From: Nemertoderma westbladi
Lineage: Eukaryota; Animalia; Xenacoelomorpha
Length of the DNA: 64,000 bases
Direction of reading: 5' to 3'
Assembly: GCA_032718475.1 (NCBI GenBank)
Contig: JAUCBJ010000629.1
Location: 1-64,000, forward strand
Positions 60,680 to 64,000 of the stretch are shown piece after piece. Every line of letters starts with the position of its first letter. The stretch's first letter is position 1. Below the pieces are notes generated by a model that was not told the origin of the DNA, did not search any database, and was given only the letters and a program-made list of their open reading frames with translations. Made by a program: the position numbers and the translations under genes.

Positions 60680-61545
60680 AGGGTGGAATAATCCACCTTA
60701 GTTGGAAATACTGACATATTCCCTCACGTCTCCGGATATTAGCACGTCTTCTTGTTCAACATCGGACATTTGAAGGGAGAACAATTATGAGAGTCAACAA
60801 GAGAGGTGAAACAACTTCTACATTCTTTGAAGTTTTGTACTGTGGTCTTAACTATAGTACTCCAGCGACGTAGTAGATTGTGTTGGCATCGGCAGATGTT
60901 AAGCGTGGTGGATCATTTTCTAGAATTAATTAAATCTCTTCTGCAATATTCTTCGATGTTTGCGTATAGTCTGTTGTTATACATTGTGTAGTTAATTAAG
61001 CTCAAGATTTGTTTTATTTATGAAGTCGTAATGTCCAGAATGGGTGATAAGAGAGAGTGCTCTAACTTTCCTCTCATTTTGGAACAATTGTTTACATGAA
61101 AGGTAATAATTACCTCCATTTATTTGTCTGTAACGTCGAAAGCGGAGCTCTAGGGGATCTTGCAACATCTTACGTGTTACGAACATAATTGTTTGTTAAG
61201 ATATTCTTTCGCCCACGTTTCTCTTCTTAACAATCAATACGAACATAATTAAACTTTAATTCATCCAGACAGCACCTTACTACATTGACTAAAGCATTCG
61301 TGGTATGAATAAGGGCGTCGAAAGTTTCATTTGTAAGGGCACTATTAGATTTTCTATCTATTTCGTTAGAGGTCCTCCATGTGGCGAGGGACCTTGAAAC
61401 ATTACCCAGATAATTAAGTCGATCATCGGTATTCGAAAATGTTGGATATTTGGAGGGATCGCGTTTCAGGGAACCTGCTGTTGTTGTTTCAACATTCACT
61501 ATATTCCAATACTTCACAATGAATGCTACGAAATCTGCAGTACCC
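60680..61545 (-). pseudogene. C-terminal P-element/THAP9-like transposase relic
   Basis: TADFVAFIVKYWNIVNV, LTNETFDAL, FNYV, QDPLELRFRRYRQINGGNYYLS and GGLFHP; frameshifts and stops. Confidence 0.82.
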
Positions 61546-61568
61546 TTAAAGTCATACCCCGACTTTTA

Positions 61569-62204
61569 GTTCTGCCCATGGCTACATTTTGTTCTTATAG
61601 TTCCGCCCATGGCTACATTTTGTTCTGAAGTTCCACCCGTGGTTATATATTGTTCTTATAGTTCTGCCCGTGGCTATATTTTGTACTTATAAACAGGTCT
61701 CCATATAATTTCATCATGTCCCACATATGGTCATGGACAGGGACACATCAACTCAATAGAGTCCAGATTAGATGGCGAGGCATTTGGCTAACTTAAGAGA
61801 GTCATTTAAAACCACAAAAAGTGAAAACACTAGCTAGTAAAAAATACAGTTAAAAATCCAAAAAAAAATTGTTACAACAACTAGCTTGTATAAAAATTGT
61901 TCCAGATTAAAAAAAATTTGTTCTATAACATACATTTTTATTTTAATCAATAACTGACTTGTTCTAGAACATTTAAAACTACAAGAAGTGGAAACACTAG
62001 CTAGTATACAAATACAGTTAAAAAAAACAAAAATTAAAAACTAGCTTGTATAAAGATTATACTAGAACAAAAAATGTTTGTTTCTAGAACATCAATTTTT
62101 ATTTTAATCAATAACTGACAGGTTCTATAAATGGTGAAAATACTAGCTAGTATAAAGGTACAGTTAAAAATCCAAAAATGTAGCCACGGGCGGAACTGAC
62201 CCCT
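61569..62204. mobile_element. Mutator/foldback-like insert nested in the P element
   Basis: ~31-bp AGTTCCGCCC(A/G)TGGCTACATTTT repeats x4 on the left and an inverted copy at 62175-62198. ~165-bp internal duplications. No TSD found. Confidence 0.55.
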
Positions 62205-63185
62205 TTTTTGTCTACTAATTTACTTCATCAATACATGTCATGTTGTCAATAATACTCATCAATTTTATATGGAATGTATAATTACATAGATCAAACAATA
62301 TTAATTTATTTAAGCAAACGTCTTACTATGTACAAAAAGATTAAAATGAATTATGACCTATATGTGTATGTGTATATCATGTTCACAATTATTACTATTG
62401 GCAGTAATTAATAAGTCGGCCTCAACTGGTATTTTTATTTTGCCTATAGATACCGAGTTTGCAGTCCTGGTATAAATAATATTCTAGAAGTCCATGGTCT
62501 GGCCTATCTTTTAGTAAGTATTCAACTTGTCCAATTTACAGATCTAGCATAGCTTGTTGATGACAAACCATGCATTCACGTTGAGGATACAAAACCGTGC
62601 TCAATGAATCCGATCACTTTATGCATGACCCGAGATAGCCTACTTAGTAGGGCAGATTAGTGTGGTTTTTTAGGCAGAATCATTCAAATTGTAATACAAG
62701 CATGAAATTTGGTTCGAACGTTCCTTTGAGTCACTTTGCAAGAAAAAAGTGATGGCCACTAAGAAGTCATCTGCATCATGATATATTAGTTGAAAATAAC
62801 CAGTTGCTTTTGTGTGTTCTCGTTTATAATTACAGTTTCAATCCAGATGAGTGTTGTGTTTACATAAATGTATATTATAATGTACCAGTATCCATAGCAA
62901 CCACATCCGTCATTCTTTCCATTTAAATAACTTTATTTTGAGACTTGAGTTTTATATATTCCGATGACTTCTTATAATGTTGATTTACGATCATTGTTCG
63001 AAGCGATTCTAGAAATTTCAGAATTGCATTGTTGCCATGGCAACTGTGGTAAACATGCTTAATTTGACATACGACACTTTTAATGTCTACCTTGTACCTG
63101 TTACCAATTACATTTTATCAATAACACACCTGCTAACGATTTGGTAAGGTTAGGGATGGGGCGCAGTTCCGGCCTACAGTACATG

Positions 63186-63497
63186 ACATTCTCAGTCCGA
63201 GAATGGAGATCGTAGATGGCATTCTCGGTCCGAGAATGGAGATCATAGATGGCATTCTCGGCCCAAGAATGGAGATCGTAGATGGCATTCTCGGTCTGAG
63301 AATGGAGATCGTAGATGGCATTCTCGGTCCGAGAATGGAGATCGTAGATGGCATTCTCGGTCCGAGAATGGAGATCGTAGATGGCATTCTCGGTCCGAGA
63401 ATGGAGATCGTAGATGGCATTCTCGGTCCGAGAATGGAGATCGTAGATGGCATTCTCGGTCCGAGAATGGAGATCGTAGATGGCATTCTCGGCCCGA
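63186..63497. repeat. 33-bp minisatellite x9.5 with an internal 19-bp palindrome
   Basis: Unit GGCATTCTCGGTCCGAGAATGGAGATCGTAGAT; palindrome CATTCTCGG-T-CCGAGAATG. Confidence 0.97.
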
Positions 63498-63770
63498 GAG
63501 GACCACAATCTTATAAAATAGCTTCCAATGGCTTTCAAAAAGTAAAACATTTCAAAACCGAGAATACTGCTGAGCATATTATTACGGGTTCATTTTTTGC
63601 AAAACCATGCATAAAATAATATCGTGAAACACTTCAAGACAAAGGCTTTAAACTTTTCTGACCACCATGTAAACATTTTACGCGTCACCAGGTAACCATA
63701 ACTAGCACGAATTGGTCCCATGTACCCATGAAGTTATTGCCGTATCTCTCACGCCATCCCTTGTAACATT

Positions 63771-64000
63771 ATGGCTCAAAAAAATAGGGAACATGTGAAG
63801 CAAGCTGCTTATCAAGCTGATCACAATTGGAGCCAGGCAATAATCAGCCAGCCTGAAATTCAGTGCCCATCCAAATGGGGTTGGGTCAATGATGATGACT
63901 TCCGTGTATTTTGGACTTCCCTACCTCCCATTGCAAAGAGTTGCCGACAATTACCCAAACGTGGATGTAAAGCATCATGCGGTGGATGATGCAAATGCTA
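63771..64000 (+). pseudogene. C-terminal relic of a probable Academ-type transposon protein (region leading into the Cys-rich finger)
   Basis: EHVKQAAYQADHNWSQA...CPSKWGW...FWTSLPPIAKSCRQL..GCKASCGG*CKC. A candidate TAG-starting left end lies at ~62648. The superfamily is assigned from remembered motifs only. Confidence 0.55.

Larger units (their letters stand above)
59818..62496 (-). mobile_element. Defective P-superfamily transposon with a 7-bp TSD
   Basis: TIRs start CATGGACTTCTAGAATATT and align for ~75-90 bp. TSD GTCTGGC at 59811-59817 and 62497-62503. Internal transposase relic. Confidence 0.85.

Noticed and set aside
63186-63497. CRISPR-like array of palindromic repeats
   Set aside because: Linkers are essentially identical rather than unique spacers, there are no cas genes, and the context is eukaryotic.

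Overview
AT-rich, repeat-dense eukaryotic (invertebrate-like) DNA. There is no operon, rRNA or CRISPR signal. The only host gene I can support is a minus-strand cyclic-nucleotide-binding-domain (CNBD) gene. Two of its exons (28540-28716 and 5898-6057) splice in frame across a ~22.5-kb intron; its other exons were not found. Most of the rest is layered mobile DNA. (1) A probably young LTR retrotransposon has a 945-bp LTR, no recognisable tRNA primer site, a ~2.4-kb repetitive leader and a >=702-codon ORF that the ORF track missed. (2) Two inverted copies of a Helentron/DINE-like element are present. One is intact and shows the empty sites for two Mutator-like insertions with 9-bp TSDs and for an 8.5-kb array of ~3-kb units. 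Each unit carries a tRNA-Val-derived Pol III-like cassette, and one unit has an equal-length hypervariable block. (3) A head-to-tail Helitron cluster carries a ~146-bp satellite. (4) A defective P-superfamily element has a 7-bp TSD. (5) CR1, RTE, BEL/Pao, hAT and probable Academ relics and several minisatellites also occur. Paralogue comparison shows three Tc1/mariner-type TA-CWG-TA excision footprints directly. All calls were made by eye and family assignments come from motif recognition, not database searches.
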